Made by a program: the position numbers and the translations under genes
Source of the DNA: Eledone cirrhosa
Taxonomy: Eukaryota
Direction: 5' to 3'
Assembly (NCBI GenBank): GCA_964016885.1
Contig: OZ024743.1
Span: 269,142,001-269,206,000, forward strand
DNA length: 64,000 nucleotides
Shown: piece after piece, positions 1 through 14,787 of the stretch
How the letters are laid out: each line of letters starts with the position of its first letter
How positions within the stretch are numbered: the first letter of the stretch is position 1
The notes under the pieces: model-generated
Databases searched by the model: none
The model's input: the letters and a program-made list of their open reading frames with translations, nothing else
Told to the model about the DNA's origin: nothing

Positions 1-60
1 TCTACTTATATCCTTGTCGAGCCCTCTTTGGATTTTAGTCTTCACATTTATTATTTACTA
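1..60 (+). repeat. Dispersed repeat 3'-end fragment (same family as 30723-30834 and 8116-8187)
   Basis: TATCCTTGTCGAGCCCTCTTTGGATTTTAGTCTTCA aligns with TATCCTTATCGAGCCCTCTTTGGATTTAAGTCTTCA at ~30783; both run into (TA)n. Confidence 0.75.
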
Positions 61-526
61 TATATATATGTATATATATACTCTAGACTCACTTGATCAA
101 TGAAACAATTGTCAGTACTTTAAATAAAGCCCCTTATTGTACAGCCAACCATGTTACTCTTCATTCTTTAACTATTATTACTCCAAGTATAACCTGCATA
201 GAAATTACCGCGAACTCACTGTATAACTATGGAAGCATCTTGTAGAGTCAAACAAAGCCGTACGTTAAAACTATCCACGACGTGGATTACCTATAACGAT
301 AACTTGTTATCCCATATATATATATAAGTTAAAACAATGAAATATAAATTCAAGTCATTAGGAATATACTTCACTGCTTTACGATCGTTTCTAGGTGATA
401 ATAATACATTGTACGCATATTTCGTTATCGATCTATGTAAGGTTAGTTACAAAATATCAAATAAGGAATATATTTACCTACGTGTATATCGTCAGCCGTT
501 GTCAAAAGCAAACTAACCGTGGATAT

Positions 527-591
<65 letters not shown>

Positions 592-841
592 ATACAATAA
601 CAGAGAAAGCTTTACGCTAAACTCCGACTGGTAACCATCTCACTAAACAAACATTAGGTTATACGTTAGTATAAACCCAATTTAGTGTCTGGGGTGCTAA
701 CTATATGTATTTTGTGGAAAGCCAGTTGTATTATTTTATATGAGATATAATTAAAGTTAAAATATATCTCTCTTTCCAAACAATTGTTTCGTTATAAGTT
801 TTCTACAAGTTGGGAGAATATTTCCAGTTTATGTAGAAGCC

Positions 842-893
842 TAATATATTTTCATGTAAGAATACAATTAGGTGGGCACTTATAAATCGTCAG
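842..893 (-). ncRNA. Degenerate hammerhead ribozyme motif (5' stem I replaced by TA repeat)
   Basis: Minus strand: CTGACGA-tttataag...cttacat-GAA-AATATATT(palindromic stem III)-A. Stem II is imperfect and stem I does not pair. Confidence 0.45.
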
Positions 894-1489
894 TATATAT
901 ATATATTGTGTGTGACACCGAGAATCAATTTTATCTTCACTTTCTTCGCTTTTTCTTCCGGTTCCACGAAGCCCCTCCATTCTATTATCACATTCATCAT
1001 CATCATCATCATCATCACCACAACTCCCCTCCTCCCACCAAAACAAATATGACCCTCACACCAGAATGACCACGACTATCACCACCACCACCACCACCAC
1101 TACCAATTCATTCATCATTACAACACTGGCACTATCAATGTCTCCCACACCACCAATGCTACATTCATCATTTTAGCATCATCACCTCCAATACATCACA
1201 CCCTTTACGAGCCACCACCACCACCACCATCACTTCCTAATAGTACACCGCCACCATCCGCACCCCACCGCCTCCACATCCACCATTACAAGACCGCCCT
1301 CCGTCACCACCACCACCATCATCATCTCCAAAATATTAAAACCACCACCGCTACCACCTTGACAACAATCACGCTCATCCCCGTCATCACCACCATCATC
1401 AATTCTAAATACTACACTACTACCACCACCTCCACCCCTGCCACCATCATCTCAATCTCATCCGTCACCACCATCATCACTTCCAAATA

Positions 1490-2550
1490 CTACACCACCA
1501 CCTTCACCATCTCCCTCCTCCACCACCACCACCTTCACAATCTCCCCCCTCTCCTCCACCACCACCACCTTCACAATCTCCCCCCTCTCCTCCACCACCA
1601 CCTTCACAATCTCCCTCCTCCACCACCACCACCTTCACAATCTCCCTCCTCCACCACCACCACCTTCACAATCTCCCCCCTCTCCGCCACCACCACCACC
1701 TTCACAATCTCCCGCCTCACCACCACCACCACCTTCACAATCTCGCTCCTCTCCGCCACCACCACCACCTTCACAATCTCCCGCCTCACCACCACCACCA
1801 CCACCTTCACAATCTCCCTCCTCACCACCACCACCTTCACAATCTCCCCCCTCTCCGCCACCACCACCACCTTCACAATCTCCCGCCTCACCACCACCAC
1901 CACCACCTTCACAATCTCGCTCCTCTCCGCCACCACCACCACCTTCACAATCTCCCCCCTCTCCGCCACCACCACCACCTTCACAATCTCCCTCCTCCTC
2001 ACCACCACCTTCACCATCTCCTCTCCTCCACCACCACCACCTTCACAATCTCCCTCCTCACCACCACCACCACCACCTTCACAATCTCCCTCCTCACCAC
2101 CACCACCACCACCGCCTTCACAATCTCCCTCCTCTCTGCCACCACCACCACCACCTTCACAATCTCCCTCCTCTCCTCCACCACCACCACCTTCACAATC
2201 TCCCTCCTTACCACCACCACCTTCACAATCTCCCTCCTCACCACCACCACCTTCACCATCTCCTCTCCTCCACCACCACCTTCACCATTTCCTCTCCTCC
2301 ACCACCACCACCTTCACAATCTCCCTCCTCACCACCACCACCACCACCTTCACAATCTCCCTCCTCACCACCACCACCACCACCACCACCTTCACAATCT
2401 CCCTCCTCACCACCACCACCACCACCACCTTCACAATCTCCCTCCTCACCACCACCACCACCACCACCACCTTCACAATCTCCCTCCTCACCACCACCAC
2501 CACCACCACCTTCACAACCTCCCTCCTCTCCGCCACCACCACCACCACCT
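1490..2550. repeat. Minisatellite: CTTCACAATCTCCCTCCT core with variable (CAC)n
   Basis: Dozens of copies of cttcacaatctc separated by (cac)n runs; explains the 511-aa TTTTFTISLL/PPPPSQSPSS ORF. Confidence 0.95.
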
Positions 2551-2994
2551 CACGTCGTCTGCTATTATCTCCGTGGTATATTTCTTTCCTATCATCCTTC
2601 ACCTCCCTCATCCTTTCTCTCACCTCATCCTCCACCCACATCTCTCCTCCCTCCCTCTGTCCTATTGTTATTTACATATTATTCCTCCCGCCTCCTCCTG
2701 CCCCTCTCCTCCTTCTTATTCTTCCGGTGCTCATCCAGTACACGCATACACACACACACACACACAAACATACTCACGTTGTTGTCACACACACATCTAT
2801 ACAACCACGAAGACACACACACACACTCGTCCATTCACACACACACACACACACACACTTACACGTAGACATAGACATACGTCCTCACTCATAGACCAGT
2901 AACACTTTTTATACATTCACCCCCCCCCCCCACTCTCTCTCTCTCCTCCCACCTCTCCCTCTCCCTCTCTCTCTCTCTCTGTTTTTTTCTCCAA

Positions 2995-3063
<69 letters not shown>

Positions 3064-3175
3064 CCCTCTCTCTCTCAGCGCCCTTTAACGTGTTCATCTC
3101 CTGCCATCATCTTCATCCGTAGAAAGATGATGAAGAGCAAGTTTCCAAGTGCTAGAAAAAGGACTTCTGCAATCG

Positions 3176-3210
<35 letters not shown>

Positions 3211-3269
3211 TGTGAGTGAGTGTGTGTGTGTACGTCTGTTTCTATATGCTTGTATGTCAATGTCCGTGT

Positions 3270-3638
3270 CAATGTCTGTATGTGTATATATGTGTATGTG
3301 TATATCTGTCTGTATGTGTATATATGTGTATGTGTATATCTGTCTGTATCTGTATATCTGTGTGTATGTCTGTCTGTATGTGTATATATGTGTATGTGTA
3401 TATCTGTCTGTATGTGTATATATTTGTCTGTATGTGTATGTGTACATTTGTCTGTATGTGTATGTGTATATTTGTCTATGTGTACATATGTGTATGTGTA
3501 TATTTGTCTATGTGTACATATGTGTATGTGTATATTTGTCTGTATGTGTACATATGTGTATGTGTATATTTGTCTGTATGTGTATATATGTGTATGTGTA
3601 TATCTGTCTGTATCTGTATATCTGTGTGTATGTCTGTC

Positions 3639-3671
<33 letters not shown>

Positions 3672-4236
3672 GTATGTGTATATCTGTCTGTATGTGTATA
3701 TATATATATTTGTGTGTATCTGTCTGTACGTGTATATATGTTTATGTGTGTATATATGAGTATCTGTCTGTATGTGTATATCTGTACGCGTATATATGTT
3801 TATGTGTATATCTGTCTATGTGTATGTGTATATATATATGTTTGTGTGTATATCTGTCTATGTGTATGTGTATATATATGTTTGTGTGTATATCTGTCTG
3901 TATGTGTATATATGAGTATCTGTCTGTATGTGTATATCTGTCTGTATGTGTACATATGTTTGTGTGTATATTTGTCTGTATGTGTATGTGTATATTTGTC
4001 TGTATGTGTATGTGTATATTTGTCTATGTGTACATATGTGTATGTGTATATTTGTCTATGTGTACATATGTGTATGTGTATATTTGTCTATGTGTACATA
4101 TGTGTATGTGTATATTTGTCTGTATGTGTACATATGTGTATGTATATTTGTCTGTATGTGTATATTTGTCTGTATGTGTACATGTGTATGTGTGTATCTG
4201 TCTGTATGTGTATATATGTTTATGTGTATATTTGTC

Positions 4237-4281
<45 letters not shown>

Positions 4282-4890
4282 CTGTCTGTATGTGTACATG
4301 TGTATGTGTGTATCTGTCTGTATGTGTATATATGTTTATGTGTATATCTGTCTGTATGTGTACATGTGTATGTGTGTATCTGTCTGTATGTGTATATATG
4401 TTTATGTGTATATTTGTCTGTATGTGTACATGTGTATCTGTCTGTATGTGTATATATGTTTATGTGTATATTTGTCTGTATGTGTATATATATATCTGTT
4501 TATTTCTCCCACACAATGATGTTCTCTACGTAGGACATTTCCCACTAGACAAGGCATTGTATGTGCAGGCCCACACACGTACACATATATGTATACATAC
4601 ACATATAAATACATACATACACATACATGTATACATACACATATATGTATACATACACATATAAATACATACATATATACAGACGTACACATATGTGTAT
4701 ACATACACATATAAATACATAGATACATATATACAGACGTACACATATATGTATACATATACATATAAATACATACATATATACAGACATACACATATAT
4801 GTATACATACACATATAAATACATACATACACATATATGTATACATACACATATAAATACATACATACATATATACAGACGTACACATAT
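3270..4890. repeat. Compound TG/TA-rich minisatellite (TGTCTGTATGTGTATA-type), followed by an opposite-orientation AC-rich block from ~4580
   Basis: Direct inspection of recurring tgtctgtatgtgtata and tatatacagacgtacacata units. Confidence 0.9.
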
Positions 4891-4945
4891 ATACAATTAT
4901 ATACCGACTCGCGTTTACGGATTAACATGCACAAACGTATAAGTC

Positions 4946-4978
<33 letters not shown>

Positions 4979-5017
4979 CGTGTGTATATATGTATATATA
5001 TGTGTGTGTGTGTGTAT

Positions 5018-5055
<38 letters not shown>

Positions 5056-5060
<5 letters not shown>

Positions 5061-5130
5061 AACGAGTAGGACCCCGACGGCTGAGCTCAAGCCGTTTCGA
5101 CGGCTAATTCTGGACTCTAATTCTGGACTA
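5056..5130 (-). mobile_element. Family P1 fragment carrying a hammerhead 3' half (probable Penelope-like terminal repeat)
   Basis: Minus strand: GAAACGGCT-TGAGCTC-AGCCGTC|GGGGTC. Stem III ACGGCT/AGCCGT, GUC site. Homologous to 5676-5820, 19747-19860 and 27647-27770. Confidence 0.65.
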
Positions 5131-5304
5131 TATATATATATATACACGACAATGTATATATATGTTTCTATTACACACACTGTGTTTAGTAGATGTACAT
5201 ACATATACATACATGTGTGTGTCACATATGTTTACGTATGTATTCACACGCACCACACATGTATATAATACATTCACATGCACACGCATAAATATGAATG
5301 CATA

Positions 5305-5371
<67 letters not shown>

Positions 5372-5553
5372 GTATAGACACACACACACATATATATATA
5401 TATATAAATATACATACATAACTGTATGTAAATGCGCACACGTATGAACACACACGCATGTATATGAAAACATACACACGTAAATAAATACAGCTGCGTG
5501 CACACACGCACCTTTCTTAATGCACACACAAAAACGTGTGCGTAGATAAATGC

Positions 5554-5622
<69 letters not shown>

Positions 5623-5675
5623 CACACACAGACGGGTATATGTGTGTGTGTGTGTATATATATATATAACTATAT

Positions 5676-5890
5676 AACGAAGGAATTGTGGTAAGGAACC
5701 TGATGGACCATAACGCACCAGAGTACTCAATACTTTGGGTAGTAGAGTGGGAAATAGGAAAAAGTATGACCCCCCCCCCCGACGGCAGAGCTCAAGCCGT
5801 TTCGACGGCTATTTCTGGACGTCCAGAAATAGCCGCCGAAACGGCTTGAGCTCTGCCGTCGGGGGGGGGGGGGGTCATACTTTTTCCTAT
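5676..5890. mobile_element. Family P1 copy with spacerless fold-back palindrome (5754-5890, centre 5820/5821)
   Basis: ATAGGAAAAAGTATGAC...TTTCTGGAC|GTCCAGAAA...GTCATACTTTTTCCTAT. The arms differ by one substitution and by poly-C/G run length. Confidence 0.85.
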
Positions 5891-6175
5891 ATATATATAC
5901 ACACACACATATAATATATAAACGCATACACACATAAATCGGGCGTGCACTTTCTCATTCATCCTCTGTACCTCCCTTGTTATCTATCCATGTAAGGTGA
6001 ATGGCATGGGTGGACTGGTGATTGGTCTCTGAATAAGATGGATAGTAGAGAGAGGACGATGGTCAGGTATCGTGGTGGACCGCTGGACATCATCAGAGCT
6101 CTCCTTTCTGTTGTTTATTGCTTGACCGTGTAGTATGTGTGTGTGTCGAACAGGCATCCCTGATTATATGCATAG

Positions 6176-6206
<31 letters not shown>

Positions 6207-6208
6207 CA

Positions 6209-6279
<71 letters not shown>

Positions 6280-6429
6280 ATATATAAATATATATGTGTG
6301 TGTGTATATCTATATGTTGTTTGTGTTCACATGTTTATGAGTTACACACACAATATATATATTTAGATACATGTATATATATATATTTATATATGTATAT
6401 ATATGTATGTGTGTGTGTTTATATATATA

Positions 6430-6555
6430 TACAAGTGGAAGCTTAGTAAAATCGAAGCTTTGGCCAAGCAAAGTCGACCTACAATTAGGAATGCGTAGCA
6501 AAGCACTATATAAGGGTATGTCCTCAGAGTAATAACATTACGTTTAGATAGCTTA
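6430..6555. repeat. Unclassified dispersed repeat (second copy 34424-34550) embedded in (TA)n
   Basis: Shared blocks ACAA.TGGAAG, AATCGAAGC, GGAATG.G.AGC.AAGCACT and AGAGTAATAACATTACGTTTAGA.AGCTT. Confidence 0.75.
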
Positions 6556-6654
6556 TATATATATATATATAAATGTGTGTGTTTGTATACAGTATATATA
6601 TGTGTTCATGTATGTATGTGTGTGCAGTCTATTTATGGATAGCACACACACATG

Positions 6655-6975
6655 CAGCGTAGCGGAATGATTAAGAAGTTTGCTTTCCATTCATGCAGTC
6701 CCGGCTTCAGTCCCACTGCGTGGCACTTTGTGTAGATGTCATTGTTGGACTATAGGCCTTGTGTCAACCCAAGGTATGTGAAATATATTGTCTAATCGGT
6801 ACCAGTGCTGAACGGTACACGGGTATTCTATCTGTAATTTACGTGAATCTCCCTGAGAATTATGTTTCGAGTGCTACACGGTACGTATCAGCAGAATTAG
6901 TCAACAACCTAACACGTTAATTTAAAGAGTAGACTCAACAGCTTGAACACTCATCGTCGAAACTGACAGAGGTCC
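6655..6975 (+). mobile_element. Decayed tRNA-derived SINE (composite)
   Basis: Head gcgtagcggaatgattaagaagtttgct...cttcagtcccactgcgtggcact; body tgaatctccctgagaa. Similar to 38484-38760. Confidence 0.55.
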
Positions 6976-6998
6976 ATTCTCTGTGTGTGTGAGTATGG

Positions 6999-7029
<31 letters not shown>

Positions 7030-7036
7030 TATACAC

Positions 7037-7067
<31 letters not shown>

Positions 7068-7222
7068 TAAACATATATATATTATTCAAAATATTAACAA
7101 ATGAAAAATATTCTCATTATCAATACTGGAATTGAATAATCAGGACCGTAACGGTATGTCATATATCAAATCATATATTTTGTCTGATGAGGACATACTG
7201 AATAAACAAGTACCTTTGTGAA

Positions 7223-7265
<43 letters not shown>

Positions 7266-7430
7266 TGTATGTATATATATATAAGCAGGAACGAAGTCAA
7301 GGTTGCACAACAAACGGACTTATGACAATTGTTTTGAATATCGATCAGCTCAGGAGGGTTCGATCATAATGTATATAGGCGCTATATACATACATACATG
7401 CACACACACACACAGACACACGCACACATT

Positions 7431-7463
<33 letters not shown>

Positions 7464-7656
7464 TTATGCTGCCCACTGTTCGGGTCCAGGGACTCATGTG
7501 CCCAAGTTAGTAGACAATTCATGGGAAAAACGTGCATTGAAACTGATGTTTGTTAACTTTAAGTTCAATATTCAGAATTCACTCAACGGTTATAAAAACA
7601 GACTGTTCAAATATATATAACGCCCGTATGTGTGTTTATATGTGAGTGTATATATG

Positions 7657-7847
<191 letters not shown>

Positions 7848-8008
7848 ATATATGTATATATGTATATATATATATATAGGTATGTATACATACACTCACA
7901 TATATAACACACACACACGCGTGTATATATAATGTATATATATATATATATAAATTAAAATTTGTATATCATATTTGCAACAACACAGCACTCCATTTTT
8001 CATCATTT

Positions 8009-8107
<99 letters not shown>

Positions 8108-8187
8108 GAAAGGTATAAGGATAAATATATATCAAATATATAAGAACCGTAGAGCAAATATCTTTAATCTGTTACTTTAATAAATAT

Positions 8188-8189
<2 letters not shown>

Positions 8190-8256
<67 letters not shown>

Positions 8257-8333
8257 GAAATGTATGTATGTGTGTGTGTGTGTGTATATATATGTATATA
8301 TATGTGTGTGTATATATGTGTATATATATATAT

Positions 8334-8371
<38 letters not shown>

Positions 8372-8447
8372 TATATAATATATTGTATATATATATATAT
8401 TGTATATATATATATATATATTGTATATACATATATATATATAATAT

Positions 8448-8522
<75 letters not shown>

Positions 8523-8617
8523 ATATATATATATATATATATATATTGTATATATATATATATATATATATTGTATATATATATATATTGTATATATATA
8601 TATATATAGAGAGAGAG

Positions 8618-8649
<32 letters not shown>

Positions 8650-8686
8650 TGTATATATATATATATACAATATATATATATATATA

Positions 8687-8733
<47 letters not shown>

Positions 8734-8817
8734 ATATATATATACAATATATATATTTACATATATATATACAATATATATATATATACAATATATATAT
8801 ATATACAATATATATAT

Positions 8818-8867
<50 letters not shown>

Positions 8868-8911
8868 ATATATATATATACAATATATATATATATATAC
8901 AATATATATAT

Positions 8912-8969
<58 letters not shown>

Positions 8970-9001
8970 ATATATATATATATATACAATATATATATAC
9001 A

Positions 9002-9032
<31 letters not shown>

Positions 9033-9042
9033 ATATATATAT

Positions 9043-9080
<38 letters not shown>

Positions 9081-9111
9081 ATATATATATATACAATATA
9101 TATATATATAT

Positions 9112-9145
<34 letters not shown>

Positions 9146-9211
9146 ATATATATATATATATATATATTGTATATATATATATATATATATTGTATATATA
9201 TATATATATAT

Positions 9212-9257
<46 letters not shown>

Positions 9258-9279
9258 ATATATATATATATATATATAT

Positions 9280-9315
<36 letters not shown>

Positions 9316-9391
9316 ATATATATATATATATATATATTGTATATATATGTATATATATATATATATATATTGTATATATATATATATATAT

Positions 9392-9425
<34 letters not shown>

Positions 9426-9456
9426 ATATATATATATATATTGTATATATATATAT

Positions 9457-9495
<39 letters not shown>
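8190..9495. repeat. ~1.3 kb (TA)n array with CAA/TTG interruptions
   Basis: Direct inspection. Confidence 0.95.
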
Positions 9496-9497
<2 letters not shown>

Positions 9498-9794
9498 GTG
9501 GCTGTGAAGATGTGTATATATAACACGCACAGCCATGTGTATCGACTGTGACGTAAGTATGTAAAACGTCTCCGTTACTTCTCCTGCTTCCCCACCTTCC
9601 CCATTGCCATTCCTCTACTCTACTCCCGCTTCCCCCTTTTTTTCTAGATTCCTCCCCTTCCTCCTACCACCTCCCTCACCCTTGCTCTCTTTTAAGTTTA
9701 GGTCGCCATTGATATATAATTACTCAAAATTGATCTGGATGTCAGCGCATATCTGCACTTGCCTTAATTGGCAGGGCTTTTCATAAATAGGCTG

Positions 9795-10345
9795 CACACA
9801 CATGCATAGACACACACATGCATACATACATTGACACACACATGCATGCATACATGGACACACACATGCATACATACATAGATACACACATGCATACATA
9901 CATGGACACACACATGCATACATACATAGACACACACATGCATACATACATAGACACACACATGCATACATACATGGACACACACATGCATACATACATG
10001 GACACACACATGCATACATACATGGACACACACATACATGGACACACACATGCATACATACATGGACACACACATGCATACATACATAGACACACACATG
10101 CATACATGGACACACACATGCATACATACATGGACACACACATGCATACATACATGGACACATACATGGACACATACATGGACACATACATACATGAACA
10201 CATACATGGACACACACATGCATACATACATGGACACATACATGGACACATACATGGACACATACATGAACACATACATACAGGAACACATACATGGACA
10301 CACACATGGACACATACATGAACACATACATGGACACATACATGC
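9795..10345. repeat. ~24-bp minisatellite ACACACACATGCATACATACATGG
   Basis: Tandem copies visible; it degenerates to a 12-bp ACACATACATGG unit at the 3' end. Confidence 0.9.
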
Positions 10346-10808
10346 GCTCATTCACACTCTCTGAGATACACCCACGCACGCAGAGATGTGCACATACACA
10401 CATATTTAGATACACGTTCACACACACATATACACACTGAAACACATACATACGCACATAGATGTACGTTATCACAAATATATATACACATTATCATAGG
10501 GCGCCGGCAAGTGTGTATGTATATATACACACACACTTGGTTTATGTACACATACGTGTGGTGTGTGTATAGTATATATATATATTATATAAGGCTTTAC
10601 GTGTTTATACTGTTGTTGAAACTATATATAACATGCTCACACCCCCACCCTACTCATACAGACACTCATATTATATACACAGACATATATGTGTATGTAT
10701 ATATATATATATATTGTGTGTGTGTGTGTGTATATATATGCGTGTGTGTGTAAAAATATATATATGTGTGTATATGTATATATATGTATGTGTGTGTGTA
10801 TATGTGTT

Positions 10809-10845
<37 letters not shown>

Positions 10846-11044
10846 ATATATATATGTGTGTGTGTGTGTATATATATATATGTATATATATGTGTGTGTC
10901 TATATGTGTATATATATGTGTGTATATATATACATATGTATATATATGCGTATATATATATGCGTATATATATATATACACATATATACGCACACACACA
11001 TATATATATACACATACACACACACACACATTTATATATATGCA

Positions 11045-11079
<35 letters not shown>

Positions 11080-11426
11080 GCATGTGGGTGAGAGAGAGAG
11101 AATGCCTGTATGTTATGTAATAAGTGTGTGTCAGAGAGATAAGGAGACAGAGTGTGTGCGTGTGTGAAACAACTAATTAGTTTAAAATTAATAAGAATCA
11201 TAATTACGAAACGAAGAATTCTGTGAGCATATACAAATTACAATCACACAAATACACACACATATACACACAAAGACACACACACATACTTCTTGCATCT
11301 CTCCCTTCCTTTCCTTCTATCGTCCTCACCCTTATTTCCTTTTCTTTATTTTTCTCTATCTCTCTGTTTTCTTTACATATCTTTGTCTCCTTTTCACTTT
11401 TTCCTATTTCTCCCTACCCTTTCTAT

Positions 11427-11460
<34 letters not shown>

Positions 11461-11483
11461 CCACACGCACACACACACACACA

Positions 11484-11524
<41 letters not shown>

Positions 11525-11588
11525 GCGTTATTGCAGCATCGATAAATGATATTTTATTCTATCAACTCAATTAGAGACGTTATATATA

Positions 11589-11620
<32 letters not shown>

Positions 11621-11631
11621 AATATATACAT

Positions 11632-11728
<97 letters not shown>

Positions 11729-11811
11729 CGTTATATATATATATATATATATATATCGATAGTCAATCGACAAGATCCCATACCTCATTCGCCTAACGTG
11801 TGGGCTGGAGC

Positions 11812-11962
11812 TCGTCAAATCGGACCGAGGAAACAATACTAATACTATCTATCGGTCGCACCTCCAGACAGAAGGGGCAGTGTGAAATAAAGTGTCTTGC
11901 TCAAGGACATAACGCTTTACCCGGTCTGGAAATCGAAATCAGAACCACTCAGCCACGCGCCT
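11812..11962 (-). mobile_element. tRNA-derived SINE (family shared with 49981-50182 and 59456-59643)
   Basis: Minus-strand head GGCGCGTGGCTGAGTGGTT with B-box-like TTCGATTTCC; body TCCTTGAGCAAGACACTTTATTTCAC. Confidence 0.8.
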
Positions 11963-12517
11963 TCACACATATATATAATATAAACATATACATATACACG
12001 CACACACTTTTATATATATCTATATATATATGTGTGTGTGTGTATAATTTATATACATATACACATATACATGTACACATATGTATATATATATCTAAAT
12101 ATACACATATACTCACATATATGTGTATGTATGTGCATACACACAGGTTGTCTATTTAGCCAATCATTCACTCTTTAGTCAATGGACTGAGGCTTTACTG
12201 GTGTTATTGCCCTGTAAAAGAAATAAATACATTCGAGATTATCTGATTTCAAACAACACCCAAGTTCACTTTTCTTCTAGCGGGAATAAGAAGGGACCCC
12301 TGTCTTGTCACGGAAAGGAACGTGAAATGAAAACTGTCTTACTAAAGAATACAACACATCACCTGGTTTAGCAATCGAACCTATCATCTGATATACATCT
12401 AACAACGTAACCACCAGCTCATACGTCCTAACTGGTTATTTGAGATTGATAAGTCCAGACTACTTAAGACACTTTCATTATACCTCGAAAAGTTATATTT
12501 AAGACGGATGTAATAGT

Positions 12518-12548
<31 letters not shown>

Positions 12549-13851
12549 ATATGGCCACCACTACCACCAGCTGGGGCTTAATCTTGGCCATCTTGGGTTT
12601 TCAATACTTTTGAGTTAGATTGGAGAAATGCAGGGGCGAGGTTGCTGCCTGACAACAGTGATGTAAATTCTTCATATGACGGTTAGCATTGGTGGTCAGA
12701 GATGTTGTTAGTATGGGTGGAGAGGTGAGGAGGGCAGAAGAAAAAGAAGCTAAACAACGTCTTCTGGGTCCCCTTTTCTAGTTGAAGTCAACCTTGCTTT
12801 TCATCCTTTAGATAAAATAAAACACCAGTCATGTACTGGATCTATTTAAACGATTTAACCCTTCCCCCCAGAATTGCTGGCAATGTGTCTACTTTAGAAG
12901 CCATTATTTCCCGAGTTGTGGCTAGCCTGATGTGACCCTACAGAAGGACCTCGTAGGTTTACAGCGAGTTTCGTACTCACAACCTCTTGCGCGCGCACGC
13001 ACGCACACACACACTCACACTCACACTCATACACATGCGCATACACACGCGCATGCACACACAAACACACGCATACACACACTCTTTCTCTCTCTCCCAT
13101 CTTTCCCATCTCCAAATCCACAACTTCTGACTTTCACTCTCTCTTTCTCTCAATTCTGCTAAACTCAAACTCTCACTCTTGTCTTCCTCCTACTCCTTCC
13201 CACAACACCCCCGTTACAGGATCACTGGCTCAACTCACTCACCATCCTCCCACTCTTGCCACAAACCCTTTCCCCCAACACCGCCCCACCCCAACCACTG
13301 GATCACTGGATCTCCGTATAAACTCGTTAATGAATCCTGTTATCAGAACACTGCAGTAATTAACACATCCAACTAACTCCCCCTCCCTCCACACACACCT
13401 CATCCACATCACTAACCCAACCTACCCCGCTTTGCTCCACCTATGAATTCTCATCATCATCATCATCATCATCGTTTTCACCCGCAGCATCATTATCATT
13501 ATCAGCATCATTATCATTATCAGCATCATTTTACTTAAACATTAAAATGATTTTTTTCGTCTATATATTATACATACACATATGCACACACGCACATGCA
13601 CATGCACATACACATACACACATACTCACATACGCTCTATTTCTTTCTCATTGTCTATCTCTTTCTCCCTTGTTTACTGTTTAGTCAGGGGTTGGGGAGG
13701 ACGTTGCTCTCACAGTTACACCAAGCCACCACCCTACAATAGTACTTCATTTTATCGACTTTAACCCACATAGCCCACAAGTAAATTCAGATCTGTATAT
13801 AATACACAGTGTGACATACACATACACATATACTACATAATGTATTTGTGA

Positions 13852-14335
13852 AGGCATGTGTGGCTTTGCGGATAGCGTGTCCAGTTCATGATCGTTAGGG
13901 CGTGATTTCGATTCCCAGCAGCGCGTTAATCCCCCCCGCCCTGCCCCACGATGTTTACACTGCATTATTCCTAATTTACGCCACCACCCGAACGTAGTAC
14001 TAATTATCAATATTGATATTAATAATACTAATAAATACATAACATTCTAATTCGTGTGGATATGATTGGGGATCGAGAAATATGTTATGAGATATAAATT
14101 CATAGGGTGGCCGGCTAAATCTACTAAGGTGTAAGCTGTAATACGTAGTTCACTCAGCTGGAAAAATAATTAGTTGTATGTGTAATTGAAAGGATCACCC
14201 TTGTCACACACAATATCACACTGAATCTCCAAGAGAACTACATTAACGATGCATGTGCCTATAGGAATGCCCGGCTATGTGCACGTTAATTTCACGGGTG
14301 GACTGTTCTGATGTTCGAACAAATAAAGACTCATC
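13852..14335 (+). mobile_element. tRNA-derived SINE interrupted by a ~200-bp insertion (13946-14143)
   Basis: Head with ttcgattccc at ~13905; body resumes at agttcactcagctgg ~14147, collinear with the 53475-53775 copy. Confidence 0.6.
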
Positions 14336-14494
14336 AGAGCGATAGACGGATGTACAACAACGATGAAGATCCCATAACTCCTTGTGGTGTCGTAAAGGTA
14401 CTGTTATACGGCGTGTCTAGGGCGCATTTAAACCTGGCGGAGCCCAACCCTCTCTGAACACAGCCGATTTTTTCTATAGAGGAAGAATCGAACC

Positions 14495-14646
14495 TAGTAC
14501 TGGACTGGTCTTTTTTATCGATCTCGAATGGATGAAAGGCAAAGTTGACCACGGCGAGATTTGAACTCAGAGCGTTCAATGAGGTGGGACGAATACCGTA
14601 AAGCATTCCATCTGACGTCTTAACGACTCTGCCAAGTCGCCGCCTA
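14495..14646 (-). mobile_element. tRNA-derived SINE with GCCTTTCATCC...GATAAAA central domain
   Basis: Minus strand: GAGTTCAAATCTCGCCGTGGTCAACTTTGCCTTTCATCC. Same family as 41008-41186. Confidence 0.8.
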
Positions 14647-14787
14647 CAACAACAATATCAACCATAATATACTTCTACTTTTCTTTAAGCTGATGTTCAT
14701 CAATGGCGGATTACGTTTGGGCTGACTTGGCTGTAGCGACGAGCCCACAATGTTTATTTTATGGGAGCCCCATGGGAGCTTAACCCA

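Noticed and set aside
1359-2894. 511-aa Thr/Pro-rich ORF
   Set aside because: Translation of a (CAC)n minisatellite; the same unit is read in all three frames along the ORF, so there is no frame constraint.
7184-7225. CTGATGAGGACATACTG as a complete hammerhead
   Set aside because: The 3' strand of stem II and stem I cannot be paired; at most a truncated remnant.
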